This document shows positions 1 to 9,027 of a stretch of 36,378 nucleotides of DNA, piece after piece. The translations under genes and the position numbers were made by a program. The notes below the pieces were generated by a model that had not been told where the DNA came from, did no database searches, and saw only the letters and a program-made list of their open reading frames with translations. The DNA comes from a bacterium (GTDB lineage: Bacteria > Zhuqueibacterota > Zhuqueibacteria > Zhuqueibacterales > Zhuqueibacteraceae), in assembly GCA_044869275.1 (NCBI GenBank), contig JBIOXB010000011.1, positions 1-36,378 of the forward strand, in the 5' to 3' direction. Position 1 is the stretch's first letter. Each line of letters opens with the position of its first letter.

Positions 1-2
1 TT

Positions 3-773
3 CCGGCGCTGGCATTTTGTTGGGCCGCGCTGCCAGTTTTTGCGCAAGAAGCGGAAAAAACACTTGCCGACATGCGCTTGGCGTTTCAGCAGTTGAATTA
101 CATGGCGGCGCAAGCCGCAGGCGAACAGGCGGTGCAAAACTGGCAGAAACTGGCGCCCGCACAGCTCATCGAAGTGTACCAAGTGCTGGGCGTCATCGCT
201 TACACGGAAGGCGATTTTTTTGAAGCCAAAGCACATTTTGAAGCAGCGCTTTCGCTCGCGCCCGACCTGAAGCTGGATTCGTTGCAAGTTTCTCCCAAAA
301 TTCAGCAATTTTTGCTGGACGTGAAAGCAAATCTCACGGCGAGCAATGGTCACGCCGGCGCGGCGTGGCGTTACGTGGTCGTACCGGATCCACGCCCGCA
401 AGCGGCATTGCGTTCCCTGCTCGTTCCCGGCCTGGGGCAATGGCAGAAGCATCAGCACACCAAGGCGCGCATCCTCATGATCGCCGCGGGTGCGGGTCTT
501 GCCACCACCGGCGTCTTGCAATTTCGCCGCGAAGCCGCGCGCACGAGCTATCTTTCGGCCAACACGATTGCCAAAGCCTCCTCCGCGTATCAACGCTACA
601 ACCTGCTCCATCGCGCGCGCAACGGCGCGGCGCTGGCCACCGCCGGTGTTTGGCTATATTCTTTTTTTGACGCTTTGCTCGCGCCCCAACATCAGCCCGC
701 CTTGCGCCTCGGCTATCTGCCTGCCGGCGACGGCGAGTACATGCCGTTGCTGAGTTATCAAATCCATTTTTGA
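3..773 (+). CDS. TPR-containing exported/membrane protein (5'-truncated by window)
   Basis: Frame is open from base 3 (PALAFCWAALPVFAQ, signal-peptide-like) into the ORF listed from 72. It has a TPR-like helix pair (VYQVLGVIAY..GDFFEAKAHFEAALSLAP) and a C-terminal 'ALRSLLVPGLGQW' motif with hydrophobic helices (DUF5683-like). Confidence 0.7.
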   Translation, partial: PALAFCWAALPVFAQEAEKTLADMRLAFQQLNYMAAQAAGEQAVQNWQKLAPAQLIEVYQVLGVIAYTEGDFFEAKAHFEAALSLAPDLKLDSLQVSPKIQQFLLDVKANLTASNGHAGAAWRYVVVPDPRPQAALRSLLVPGLGQWQKHQHTKARILMIAAGAGLATTGVLQFRREAARTSYLSANTIAKASSAYQRYNLLHRARNGAALATAGVWLYSFFDALLAPQHQPALRLGYLPAGDGEYMPLLSYQIHF

Positions 774-931
774 AAATGCTGGCGCTCACCCGGTGGGCGG
801 GAAATTCGGTTACACTGGGTGGGAAAGTTTTTCTCACTGCAAGGCGACGGCGCCGGGTCACTTCCGGCTCTAGCCGCGATCCTCAGCCGTTTTCTTGTGG
901 AATTCTCACGGGAGCAACATGCCATGATCTT

Positions 932-946
932 TGGCATTTGTTTTGC
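932..946 (+). promoter_or_regulatory. Candidate sigma-54 (-24/-12) promoter
   Basis: TGGCAT-N5-TTGC with exact GG-N10-GC spacing, about 110 bp upstream of the CDS at 1059. Confidence 0.5.
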
Positions 947-1058
947 GCAAGAGAAGCACATCTTGTCTTGGCTCTCTCCCTCACAGCGTCAACTTGACCT
1001 GGCATTGTGAAACGGATGATCATGTTCAATATTCGAGAGGGTTTTGAGGTTTATGCAA

Positions 1059-1823
1059 ATGAACAAACGGATGAAATGTTTACTGGCCGGGCAGGCGGTG
1101 CTGGTTTTTTTGTTGTCGTGTTATGACTCCGCTTTCACCGAAACCGGTTTCGACACCAAAACCAAAGTGCGCCTGGTGGAAAACGGCGTCTGGCTGGAAA
1201 CCGAAATCGCTCCGCAGGCGCTGCTGTCGGCCCTGCCGCAAACGGACCAGAATGCCGATGGCCGCTTGGAGGAAGAGGAACTGTCAAGCAGCCGCGCATT
1301 GATCTTGTCTTACTATGCACAAAAAATGCGGCTGGCGGCAAACGACAGGTGGTTGAAGACGGATAGCACCTATTTCGCTTTTCGGTCTCCGGCGGCACCT
1401 ACGGCGATTCCCGATCGTTTTTTTATTTATCACTGGTATGCCATACTGCGCCGGCCCGAGCGCTTGAAACTGGAGAATCATCTCTTCGAAGAATTGGAAA
1501 GAGGCTGCCTCCACCAAGGCGCGGTCGTGGACGGCGAAAGAATTCTCAAATTCGATTTTCCCCGCCGTGAAGCGGACATGGGCGCAGAGTCGCCGTCATC
1601 GGCCGAAATCGAGCTGGGCAAAAGCGGCGACCTCGCCTTGATCGAAACGGATAATAACGTGCTGCAGGCGGGCTATCTTTGGCTGGGCATGGGATTGAGC
1701 GGTTTGCTGGCACTACGCATGGCCTCCTCGCTGCGCAGAAAATTGCGCCGCGAGCAAAAGCCGGCTGCGGCCGAACGCGAACCGGAAGAGCTGCAAATGG
1801 AAGAGAGTGCTGTTTTCAGTTGA
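1059..1823 (+). CDS. Exported (possibly lipo-) protein with EF-hand-like loop and C-terminal TM anchor
   Basis: GAGGT lies 8 nt before ATG 1059. Hydrophobic N-terminus ends in LLSC; DQNADGRLEEEE is a Ca-binding-like loop; a C-terminal TM helix is followed by a basic tail. Confidence 0.7.
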   Translation: MNKRMKCLLAGQAVLVFLLSCYDSAFTETGFDTKTKVRLVENGVWLETEIAPQALLSALPQTDQNADGRLEEEELSSSRALILSYYAQKMRLAANDRWLKTDSTYFAFRSPAAPTAIPDRFFIYHWYAILRRPERLKLENHLFEELERGCLHQGAVVDGERILKFDFPRREADMGAESPSSAEIELGKSGDLALIETDNNVLQAGYLWLGMGLSGLLALRMASSLRRKLRREQKPAAAEREPEELQMEESAVFS

Positions 1824-1865
1824 AGCGAAGCGCAAAATGTATTGGGTGTCGCCCAATAACTATGG

Positions 1866-1975
1866 GTGGTTAAACGGGTGAGTGTAGCGAGAAGTGTGGC
1901 CAGGGAAGGCCGTCACGACTTGCAGCAAAGCAGTCTCCTGTACATTGACGAGCAATGCTCGTCCGTTTCAACCGC
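1866..1975 (+). ncRNA. Candidate structured RNA, family unknown
   Basis: 1866-1885 pairs with 1955-1975 (about 20 bp, one bulge, five G-U pairs that work only on +). It encloses two smaller hairpins and is followed by a terminator. Confidence 0.35.
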
Positions 1976-1978
1976 GCG

Positions 1979-2019
1979 CGGCAGAGATGATTCTCGCAGT
2001 CATCATCTCTGCCGTTTTT
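1979..2019 (+). terminator. Rho-independent terminator
   Basis: CGGCAGAGATGA / TCATCTCTGCCG 12-bp stem followed by TTTTT. Confidence 0.75.
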
Positions 2020-2189
2020 ATTCACGGTCATGCGCCGCATTTGCCGCGCCTGCGAAATACAGTTTCTTTCGAGCAGGCAGTCCCGCACATTTACCGGTGG
2101 AGAGGAGTGGCGCAGCCTTCCGGACGGCAAGCAATGTGCTGCCGCTGGCCACTGATCCTTACGGCACTGCCCGGGAACGGACTTTCCGC

Positions 2190-2218
2190 TTGCTTCTAAA
2201 GGCGATTCTTGCTATCAT
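2190..2218 (+). promoter_or_regulatory. Candidate sigma-70 promoter for the SRPBCC gene
   Basis: TTGCTT-17 bp-TATCAT. Confidence 0.5.
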
Positions 2219-2273
2219 CACGACGTCAACTGGTGCGATTTTAAATCACGAATTGACCGCGAAGGTAGCGCCC

Positions 2274-2702
2274 ATGTCGATGCTGAAAGAAACAATCGAA
2301 ATTAAGAAGCCGGCGGCCGAGGTGTGGAAGTATCTGGACATTGCGCAATGGCCGGAAGTCTCCCCGATTTTTCAGGAAGTGGAAGGCGGCGCAGGCGCGA
2401 TGCAAGCGGGCGCGCAATTCGTGGTGACGGCGGGACCGGGCGAAGCCAGGGTGCAGTACAACGTCGAAGTGGTGGTCTGCGATCAGAGCTTAGGGCGCCT
2501 GGTTTACAAGCGCAGCGGCGGGCCGCTGCCGGGCACGAGTGAATGGTCGCTGTTGAACACGCCCAACGGCACAAAAGTGATTTATACGAATCATTATCAG
2601 CACGATTTGAATTCGACGGTGTTGAGCTCGATCACACGCGCGATGGAGCGCTTCTTAAATGATTTGAAGAATGTTGTCGAAGGTGAAAAAGCGCGCGCCT
2701 GA
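2274..2702 (+). CDS. SRPBCC (polyketide cyclase/dehydrase-like) family protein
   Basis: MSMLKETIEIKKPAAEVWKYLDIAQWPEV matches the typical SRPBCC N-terminus. GAAGGT RBS precedes ATG 2274; the upstream part of the 278-aa ORF looks non-coding. Confidence 0.8.
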   Translation: MSMLKETIEIKKPAAEVWKYLDIAQWPEVSPIFQEVEGGAGAMQAGAQFVVTAGPGEARVQYNVEVVVCDQSLGRLVYKRSGGPLPGTSEWSLLNTPNGTKVIYTNHYQHDLNSTVLSSITRAMERFLNDLKNVVEGEKARA

Positions 2703-2716
2703 AAGGTGCCGTCGCA

Positions 2717-3490
2717 TTATTCCGACAACGACCAGCTATACCCTATCCGCGCTTGGCGGTCTGCCGTGATCTCTCCCCCGATGAAACGTGCCCGGTCCAC
2801 ACTCACGGCAAACTCCAGCCGGTGAATGGTCGGCCGGTACAAGGATGATCCCAGCCATTCCACCCCGAACGCCCCTTCGCGCATTTCAGGAAACCCTGCC
2901 GCCGCCGCTTGACTCTCTCTTTCCGCAAGTTTACCCATCCGAACGCCCAATGCGCCGCGGCCATACGCGCGGAATTTCCCAAGGTCCATTGCATTCTTCC
3001 ACCGTAGAAGAGATTGAGCAGGGCAAATGCGCGCCGCGAAATACCCCCAGGAAAAATTTTTCCGTGCCGGAATAAAGCTCGTCGTAATTCAGTCGAAAAA
3101 GCAGCGGGCGTTTCGCGCAGCTTTGCGCTGCGAAGGGTGCGCGCTTGCTGGGCCTGTTGTTTATAGATCTCGAACTGATTTCTTTCCGGAAAAGCGATCA
3201 GGTTCTGCAAGTTGCGCTTGAGTGCGGCCATGAGCTGCGCCCATTCCGCCTGCGCCTTGCCGCCGAGCAGGCTGCGGCCGGTGGAGTCGATTTCGCTGCG
3301 CCACTGGCGCACATAGCGCGCCAGCGGCAGAGCCGCGCGGCTGGACAGCCGATGAGCCAGCAGCTCGCCGTCTTTGCTGAACACTCGGGACTGTGGCCTT
3401 CTTGCTCACGGGTTACCGGAAAGATTGTCCTTGTGAAAAGGTCATGGAAGGTAGAACGAAAACGATCACACCAGTCAGACGGTGTGAAAA
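2717..3490 (-). pseudogene. Probable fragmented gene for an exported protein
   Basis: Protein-like segments switch frames. A signal-like HRLTGVIVFVLPSMTFSQ ends in a stop. It is followed by ORF 3384-2803, then RPLLFRLNYDELYSGTEKFFLGVF in another frame, then ORF 2989-2717 ending ARIGYSWSLSE. Confidence 0.4.
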
Positions 3491-3565
3491 AGCGTCATCG
3501 CCTGCTTTCCACTGCTCCGCGGTAGCATGAGAGTTTTCGCACAGGCTGAATGCTTTAGGACGGCA

Positions 3566-4366
3566 CTACAGGGCCAGGCGAAACATCGATTTTTCCACGG
3601 CGCGCCCGAGGTCGCCGTCGTGAAAGCGGTGAAGGTAGTCTTCCGCCTCGAACAGATGCTGAGTTTGCGGCTGCGCGCCGCGGGCGATGAGAAACTTCAA
3701 TTCTTCGAGATTGCGCGACCAGCAGGCGCCGTTGAAAAACTCCGCGCCTTCGAATTGGGTTTTGTATAGCGCATTGGAGGAATAGCAACTGCCCAGGTAA
3801 ATGTGCTCGAAACCCTCCGCCGCGCAGTGCTGCACCGCGCTGGTCATCATGAACATGCCGAGATTTTGGGGGGCGTAGCTCAAATCGTAGAAGGCGTAGT
3901 AGTATTGCGCCAGGCGCGGCGGCTGCAAAAACAGCGTCGCCAAGCCGGCGTCGCGATTGGCTGTGGTGTCGCGCACGAGCAGGAGGTGTGAAGTGATGGG
4001 TGCAGCGAAGAGCTGTTCCAGGCGCGCAGGCGTCATGACCTGCTCGCCGAATCTTTGCGCGGCATAACGCAGGCAGAATTCTTTCCAGGCTGGCGTGAAA
4101 TCGAATTGGGAGAAAGGCAAGATCTCGTGCCGAAAATTCGCGCCCTTGCGCAGAATACGCCGGTTTTCCGAGGAGGGTTTGAATTCCGCCAGGGCCACGC
4201 GCAAGCTGCGGCAAAGATAAAAGCGATCGAGCTGCTTGGAGGAAGGGAGGAAGCCGGAGGCAAAGAAATCCGCGGGGGTCTCGTCCTTTTCCGGAAAAGC
4301 CCAAACCGCGTAGGGAAAAATGTAGTTCTGGTAATCGGGCAGGGCCTCGGAAAAAAGCAGTTTCAT
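3566..4366 (-). CDS. Aminoacyl-tRNA-protein transferase-like (Bpt/ATE family, GNAT fold)
   Basis: SLRVALAEFKPSSENRRILRK and YAFYD..LGMF..HIYLG..LYK resemble Bpt/ATE1 motifs. Start ATG 4366 overlaps the pepF stop (ATGA). Confidence 0.7.
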   Translation of the reverse strand: MKLLFSEALPDYQNYIFPYAVWAFPEKDETPADFFASGFLPSSKQLDRFYLCRSLRVALAEFKPSSENRRILRKGANFRHEILPFSQFDFTPAWKEFCLRYAAQRFGEQVMTPARLEQLFAAPITSHLLLVRDTTANRDAGLATLFLQPPRLAQYYYAFYDLSYAPQNLGMFMMTSAVQHCAAEGFEHIYLGSCYSSNALYKTQFEGAEFFNGACWSRNLEELKFLIARGAQPQTQHLFEAEDYLHRFHDGDLGRAVEKSMFRLAL

Positions 4367-6156
4367 GGCACCAGCGCTCGCAGTTCTTCCAACAACTTTT
4401 TGATGACTGCCAATCCGCCTTCCCAAAAGCTGGGCTGGCGAATATCGAAGCCCATTTGCCGCGTCAGGTCTTCCGGCGCCTGCGCGCCGCCGGCGGCAAG
4501 CAGGCGCAAGTAGCGCGGGACAAAGCCCTGGCCTTCTTCTTCATAGCGTTTGAACATTGACAACACCAACAACGCCCCGAAGGTGTAGGCATAGCAATAA
4601 AAGCGCGTGTGGATGAAGTGCGGAATCGCCGCCCAATACCATCTCTGTTCCGGCAGAAAATCCACCGTCTCGCCGTACATCAAATCGCGCTCGCGCGCCC
4701 ACAGTTCGCAAAGGTGCTCGGCGGAAAGCCGTTCTCGGGCGCCGGCGCGATGCGCCTCCAGCTCGAACCGCGTGTAGTAATTCTGCGTGTGAATCGTGGC
4801 AAAAAAATCCTCCAGCACACCGGTGAGGATGGCCAGGCGCAGCTCGCGCGCTTTGACTTCGTGCATCAGCTTGCGCGTCAGTAACATCTCGGCAAAAACC
4901 GAGGCGGTTTCAGCGGCCACCAGCGGCGGGTAGTAGTTGAGCAGCGTCTGCTCACGGCCGGCATAAAAATCGTGGATCGCGTGCCCGAGCTCGTGCGCGA
5001 GCGTGTAAACGTTGTCGATATGGTCGTTGTAGCTCATGAGAATGTAGGGATGGTGGCCGGGCAGTACGCCGTGGCAATAGGCGCCCCCGCGCTTGTAGCG
5101 CCGCACTTCGGCATCGATCCATTTTTTTTCGAACATTTGCCGCGCGAACCCGGCGACCTCCGGGGAAAAGCTGTGGAACGCTTCGAGTACCAGGCGCCGG
5201 CCCTCGGCAAACGGCATTTCCTGGCGTTTATCCGAAACCGGTGCGACCAGGTCACAGCCGCGCAGCTTGGGCATGTTGATCAGCTTCGCCTTCAACGCAT
5301 AGTAGTCTTGCGCGAGATGATTGTGGGCGGTGGTGGTTTGCATCATGGTATCCACAATCTCCGGCGCGAGGCGATTGCGCAAATGCGAGGGCGTGATCGG
5401 GCTGTCGTAGCCGCGCATCTCCATTTCCAGCGCGTGGTCCTTCACCATCGCATTGAAAACACCGCAAAAGATGATCGCATTCTCGCCGTAGCGTCCGTCA
5501 TAGGCGCGTTTCACTCGCTCACGCAAGTCGGCTTCGGGGCGCCGGAGCAAATGGCGCAGCTCTTCGCCGTTCAGCGTTTTGATCTCGCCGTCCACTTCCA
5601 ATTGCCAGGTGAAAGCCGAAGTGTATTCATCAAAAAGATTCACAAAAGCGTTCTTGCCGGTCAGGTCTTTTTTGTTGATGACCTGCTCTTCCTTCTCAGA
5701 AAGCGTGAACGGCTGGAACAGCCGCACGCCTTCGAGATAGTGGCGGTAGCGGTCGATCCGGTGTTCGCCGAACAGTGACGCGAATTTTTCCGGCGGGATG
5801 CGCTGCACCTCCAATTCGAAAAACAGCACGAGATTCTGCACGCGCGCCATGGCTTCCTGGCATTTGGCGTACAGCGCTTTGCATCCATCATCTGCGGTAT
5901 TTGCCGAAAAGGCCAGGAACGCATAGATCTCGGGCCGCATCGCCAGCGTGTAAATCTCTTCGAGTTGTGTGATCGCCGCCGCGAGCGTTTCACGCGATAA
6001 TTCCTCGTGCGCGATCTTGCCATAAAAGCGGGTTTGGAATTGCTCCGCCTTTTGCACGGCCGTTTGCAGATCTTGCGCGAGGTGCGGGTCTTGTGCGCTT
6101 TCATACAAATCTGAAATTTCCCAGCGCACGCCCGCGGCTTTCAATCTCTTTTCCAC
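4363..6156 (-). CDS. pepF: Oligoendopeptidase F (M3B family)
   Basis: RWEISDLY N-terminus, KRGGAYC, HELGH zinc motif, AETAS, W..IPHF..FYCYAY. GTG start at 6156 follows AAGGTG. Confidence 0.93.
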   Translation of the reverse strand: MEKRLKAAGVRWEISDLYESAQDPHLAQDLQTAVQKAEQFQTRFYGKIAHEELSRETLAAAITQLEEIYTLAMRPEIYAFLAFSANTADDGCKALYAKCQEAMARVQNLVLFFELEVQRIPPEKFASLFGEHRIDRYRHYLEGVRLFQPFTLSEKEEQVINKKDLTGKNAFVNLFDEYTSAFTWQLEVDGEIKTLNGEELRHLLRRPEADLRERVKRAYDGRYGENAIIFCGVFNAMVKDHALEMEMRGYDSPITPSHLRNRLAPEIVDTMMQTTTAHNHLAQDYYALKAKLINMPKLRGCDLVAPVSDKRQEMPFAEGRRLVLEAFHSFSPEVAGFARQMFEKKWIDAEVRRYKRGGAYCHGVLPGHHPYILMSYNDHIDNVYTLAHELGHAIHDFYAGREQTLLNYYPPLVAAETASVFAEMLLTRKLMHEVKARELRLAILTGVLEDFFATIHTQNYYTRFELEAHRAGARERLSAEHLCELWARERDLMYGETVDFLPEQRWYWAAIPHFIHTRFYCYAYTFGALLVLSMFKRYEEEGQGFVPRYLRLLAAGGAQAPEDLTRQMGFDIRQPSFWEGGLAVIKKLLEELRALVP

Positions 6157-6227
6157 GTCTTCACCTTTTTGCGAATCGCTGCAGTTGGGCAAAAAAGCAG
6201 TTAGGTCATTCCCCAAATCCGCCGACC

Positions 6228-6298
6228 AATTTAGCCATCGCCGCCCTCTCTTGCAAGGCGAAAAAGCGCTTGCATTCACGGTGGCAACATTCTATTTT
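6228..6298. promoter_or_regulatory. Back-to-back sigma-70 promoters (pepF on -, DUF4416-like gene on +)
   Basis: Minus strand: TTGCAA-17-TAAATT (6256-6228). Plus strand: TTGCAT-17-TATTTT (6270-6298), ending 5 nt before ATG 6304. Confidence 0.5.
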
Positions 6299-6303
6299 GC
6301 CGC

Positions 6304-6846
6304 ATGGCCGATCCGCTGCCTGTCAAGCTCACGGTGGCGACGATTCACGCCGAGGCCGCGCTCGCGGTGCAAGCCCGCACCCAGCTTGCAGCGGCGTTTG
6401 GCGCAATCGATTATGCCAGCTCGTGCTTCCCATTCGACGCCACGGATTATTACGCCCAAGAAATGGGCGCACCACTCGAGCGGCAATTCTTCTCTTTTGC
6501 AGATTTGATTTCGCCTGAAGCACTGCCCGGGATCAAGCTGCGCACGAATGCCATTGAAGCCGATTTCGCCCGCCAGGGAAAGCGGCGCCTCAATCTCGAC
6601 CCCGGTTATCTCGACACGGATAAATTCGTCCTGGCTTCGACGAAGTATCACGGCTACAAGATCTATTTGTCACAGGACATCTGGGCCGACATGACGCTGC
6701 ATTATGAAAAGGGAAAATTCACCGCATTGCCCTGGAGCTTTCCGGATTTTCGCAGCGGCTTGTATCAAGAAACGTTCGTGCACATCAGGGAGATTTATAA
6801 GCGGCAGTTGAAAGAGCTAAACACTTGGCGTCGTGAGCCCCATTGA
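6304..6846 (+). CDS. DUF4416-like protein
   Basis: F..TDYYAQEMG.PL.R, IKLRTNAIE, RRLNLDPGY, LASTK and PWSFPDF motifs recalled for this family. Confidence 0.85.
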   Translation: MADPLPVKLTVATIHAEAALAVQARTQLAAAFGAIDYASSCFPFDATDYYAQEMGAPLERQFFSFADLISPEALPGIKLRTNAIEADFARQGKRRLNLDPGYLDTDKFVLASTKYHGYKIYLSQDIWADMTLHYEKGKFTALPWSFPDFRSGLYQETFVHIREIYKRQLKELNTWRREPH

Positions 6847-6945
6847 AACGCTCCGCGTTTCAGCTTTTTGTCCGATTAAGTTTTGTTTTCGCAGTACCTA
6901 TCAAATCCTGACTTTTCCGGACGCAACACTTGGTTTCAACGCAGG

Positions 6946-6999
6946 CTGAGCCTGTCGAAGCCTGCGATTCTTGAACTTAGCACCCTTCGACAAGCTCAG
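6946..6999. repeat. REP-like palindromic element
   Basis: CTGAGCCTGTCGAAG ... CTTCGACAAGCTCAG, a 15-bp imperfect inverted repeat in an intergenic region. Confidence 0.75.
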
Positions 7000-7059
7000 G
7001 GTGCGGTCTTCACAAGTTTTCACACAGTCTGATTGTTGGCGAACGAAATCGGCTGTATT

Positions 7060-7998
7060 ATGCCCCACAAGATCGGAGTGGTTGGAACCTTCATTCGCGA
7101 CACGATTATCACCCTGGATAATCGCAAGATCGAAAGCATTGGCGGTCTCTATCACACCTCGGCCTACCTCGCCAGCCTGGCGGCGCCTGGCACCGTGATC
7201 CGACCGTTGTGCCATCTGGGCCAGGATTTTCACGAGAACGTGTGGCGCGCGCTCTTGGCTTTCGGAGCGGAAATCGATTTTGATTTGGTGCGCACCAGCG
7301 AGCAAAACAATACTGCCGTCACGTTGATTTATCGCAGCGCGGAAACGCGGGATGAAATCACCACCGCGCCCATGCCGCCGGTCACCCGCGCACAGATGCC
7401 CGCTTTGAGCGATTGCGACGCGGTATTGATCAATCTCATTACCGGTGAGGATGTGGAGCTGCAGGCCTTGCAAGATTTCAAACGCCGGTCGCCCGCGACC
7501 CTGGTTTATATGGATTTTCATTCGCTCGCGCTGGGCATCGATGCCCAGGGCAAGCGCTTTTACCGCCGGCCGGTATCCTGGCAAACCTGGCTGCAGGCGG
7601 TCGATATTTTGCAGCTCAATGAAAAAGAAGCGGCGACGCTGGCCGGCTGGGATACGGACCCGGAGGCCTCCGATTTCGTCGCGTTCGGCGAAAGCTTGGT
7701 GGGAGAATATGTCAGAGCGTGCCACCTCACTTTTGGCAGCCGCGGGTCGATTTTGTTTTATCGTTCGGCAGACAAGATTCTGCATGAATATGTCCCGCCC
7801 ATGGGCGGTGTGCAAACCGTGGACATCATCGGCTGCGGCGATGCCTTTGGCGCAGCGTTTCTGACGCGTTTTCTTGCGACCGGAGATCATGTCGAAGCGA
7901 CGCGTTTTGCCAATCGTGTGGCCGGCTTGAATTGCACGTTCTTGGGGTCGCTGACGCCGGAGAAGTTTCAAGAGCACGTGGCCCGGTTCTTGTCGTGA
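7060..7998 (+). CDS. PfkB/ribokinase family carbohydrate kinase
   Basis: GG motif near the N-terminus, LQLNEKEA, TFGSRGS, and the signature VDIIGCGDAFGAAF. Confidence 0.9.
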   Translation: MPHKIGVVGTFIRDTIITLDNRKIESIGGLYHTSAYLASLAAPGTVIRPLCHLGQDFHENVWRALLAFGAEIDFDLVRTSEQNNTAVTLIYRSAETRDEITTAPMPPVTRAQMPALSDCDAVLINLITGEDVELQALQDFKRRSPATLVYMDFHSLALGIDAQGKRFYRRPVSWQTWLQAVDILQLNEKEAATLAGWDTDPEASDFVAFGESLVGEYVRACHLTFGSRGSILFYRSADKILHEYVPPMGGVQTVDIIGCGDAFGAAFLTRFLATGDHVEATRFANRVAGLNCTFLGSLTPEKFQEHVARFLS

Positions 7999-8040
7999 AG
8001 GCAGCGCCGGCGTTGCTCTATCTGAATTCCCCGGGAGAGA

Positions 8041-8958
8041 ATGATCTTGAAATTGATGCCAAAAAAGTTTCTGGTTTTTGGTGCGAACGGCCTGCTCGGC
8101 CAAAACTTGGTGCACGCTTTGCGTGAGGACTATGAGGTTCTGGCAGCCGGCCATCAAGAGGATTTTGTGCTGGCATTGCCCGAGGTGCATTATGTCTGTT
8201 GTGACATTACCGATCGCGAGGCTGTGCTGAAGGCGGTGAAAGGCTTTATTCCGAATTTCATCATCAATGCGGCGGCGTTTACCGACGTCGACGGCAGCGA
8301 AATACAAAAAGAGAAGTGTTGGAAGGTGAATGCCACTGCCGCCGGTTATCTTGCCGCAGCTGCGTTTCGCCTGGGCGCGCGATTGATCCATGTCAGCACG
8401 GACTACGTTTTTGACGGTACCGCGGCGCCTTACACGGAAGAGAGCCGGCCGCAGCCGCTGGGTTATTACGGTCGCGCCAAGCTCGCGGGCGAGAACGCTT
8501 TGATCAGCAGCGGGGCTAACTATGCGATCGCGCGCACGATGGTGCTTTATGGCGCGGGCAAACACGTTCGCCCAAGTTTCGCCACGTGGTTGATCACGCA
8601 ATTGCGCGCGGGCAAGCCGGTGCGCATTGTGAAAGATCAATGCGGCAATCCCACGCTCGCGAGCGAATTGGCACTGGCGCTGCGCCGGTTGGCGGAATCC
8701 GGACGCCACGGGATTTATCATGTCTGCGGCGCAGAGACACTTTCGCGGTACGAATTCGCCGTGCGCCTCGCCCAAGTATTCGAGCTGGATCAAGAGTTGA
8801 TCATGCCCGCCACCACCGCGGAGCTCGCGCAAGCCGCCAAACGCCCGGCCAATTCCGGCTTTGATATCTCCAAGGCCGTGCGCGAGCTGGGGGTTTCGAT
8901 GTCGAACGTTGAGCAAGGCTTGAGGAAATTTCGCCGGGAGCTGGAACTCCTGAATTGA
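8041..8958 (+). CDS. rfbD: dTDP-4-dehydrorhamnose reductase
   Basis: GANGLLG, NAAAFTDVD, HVSTDYVFDG, YGRAKLAGE, DQCGNPT, KRP.NS. Confidence 0.92.
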   Translation: MILKLMPKKFLVFGANGLLGQNLVHALREDYEVLAAGHQEDFVLALPEVHYVCCDITDREAVLKAVKGFIPNFIINAAAFTDVDGSEIQKEKCWKVNATAAGYLAAAAFRLGARLIHVSTDYVFDGTAAPYTEESRPQPLGYYGRAKLAGENALISSGANYAIARTMVLYGAGKHVRPSFATWLITQLRAGKPVRIVKDQCGNPTLASELALALRRLAESGRHGIYHVCGAETLSRYEFAVRLAQVFELDQELIMPATTAELAQAAKRPANSGFDISKAVRELGVSMSNVEQGLRKFRRELELLN

Positions 8959-8962
8959 AGAG

Positions 8963-8991
8963 ATTCCGTCCCGAAGCATCGGGAACGGAAT
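8963..8991. repeat. TCCCGA-N4-TCGGGA hairpin repeat
   Basis: ATTCCGTCCCGA-AGCA-TCGGGAACGGAAT; the same core recurs at 25086-25101 (one mismatch) and 26974-26989. Confidence 0.6.
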
Positions 8992-9027
8992 GAGAAGCAA
9001 CATTTGATTTCATCACCTCCGAGAGGA

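Noticed and set aside
1866..1975. SRP RNA or cobalamin riboswitch identity for the structured region
   Set aside because: Lacks the SRP CAGG-CC-GGAA-GG-AGCAG loop, and has only an isolated GGGAAGGC rather than the full B12 element.
1866..2273. N-terminal extension of the SRPBCC ORF and overlapping short ORFs
   Set aside because: Spans a terminator and a promoter; the domain and RBS begin at 2274.
6901..9003. 700-aa minus-strand ORF
   Set aside because: Antisense shadow of pfkB and rfbD, which carry clear motifs; no recognisable domain of its own.
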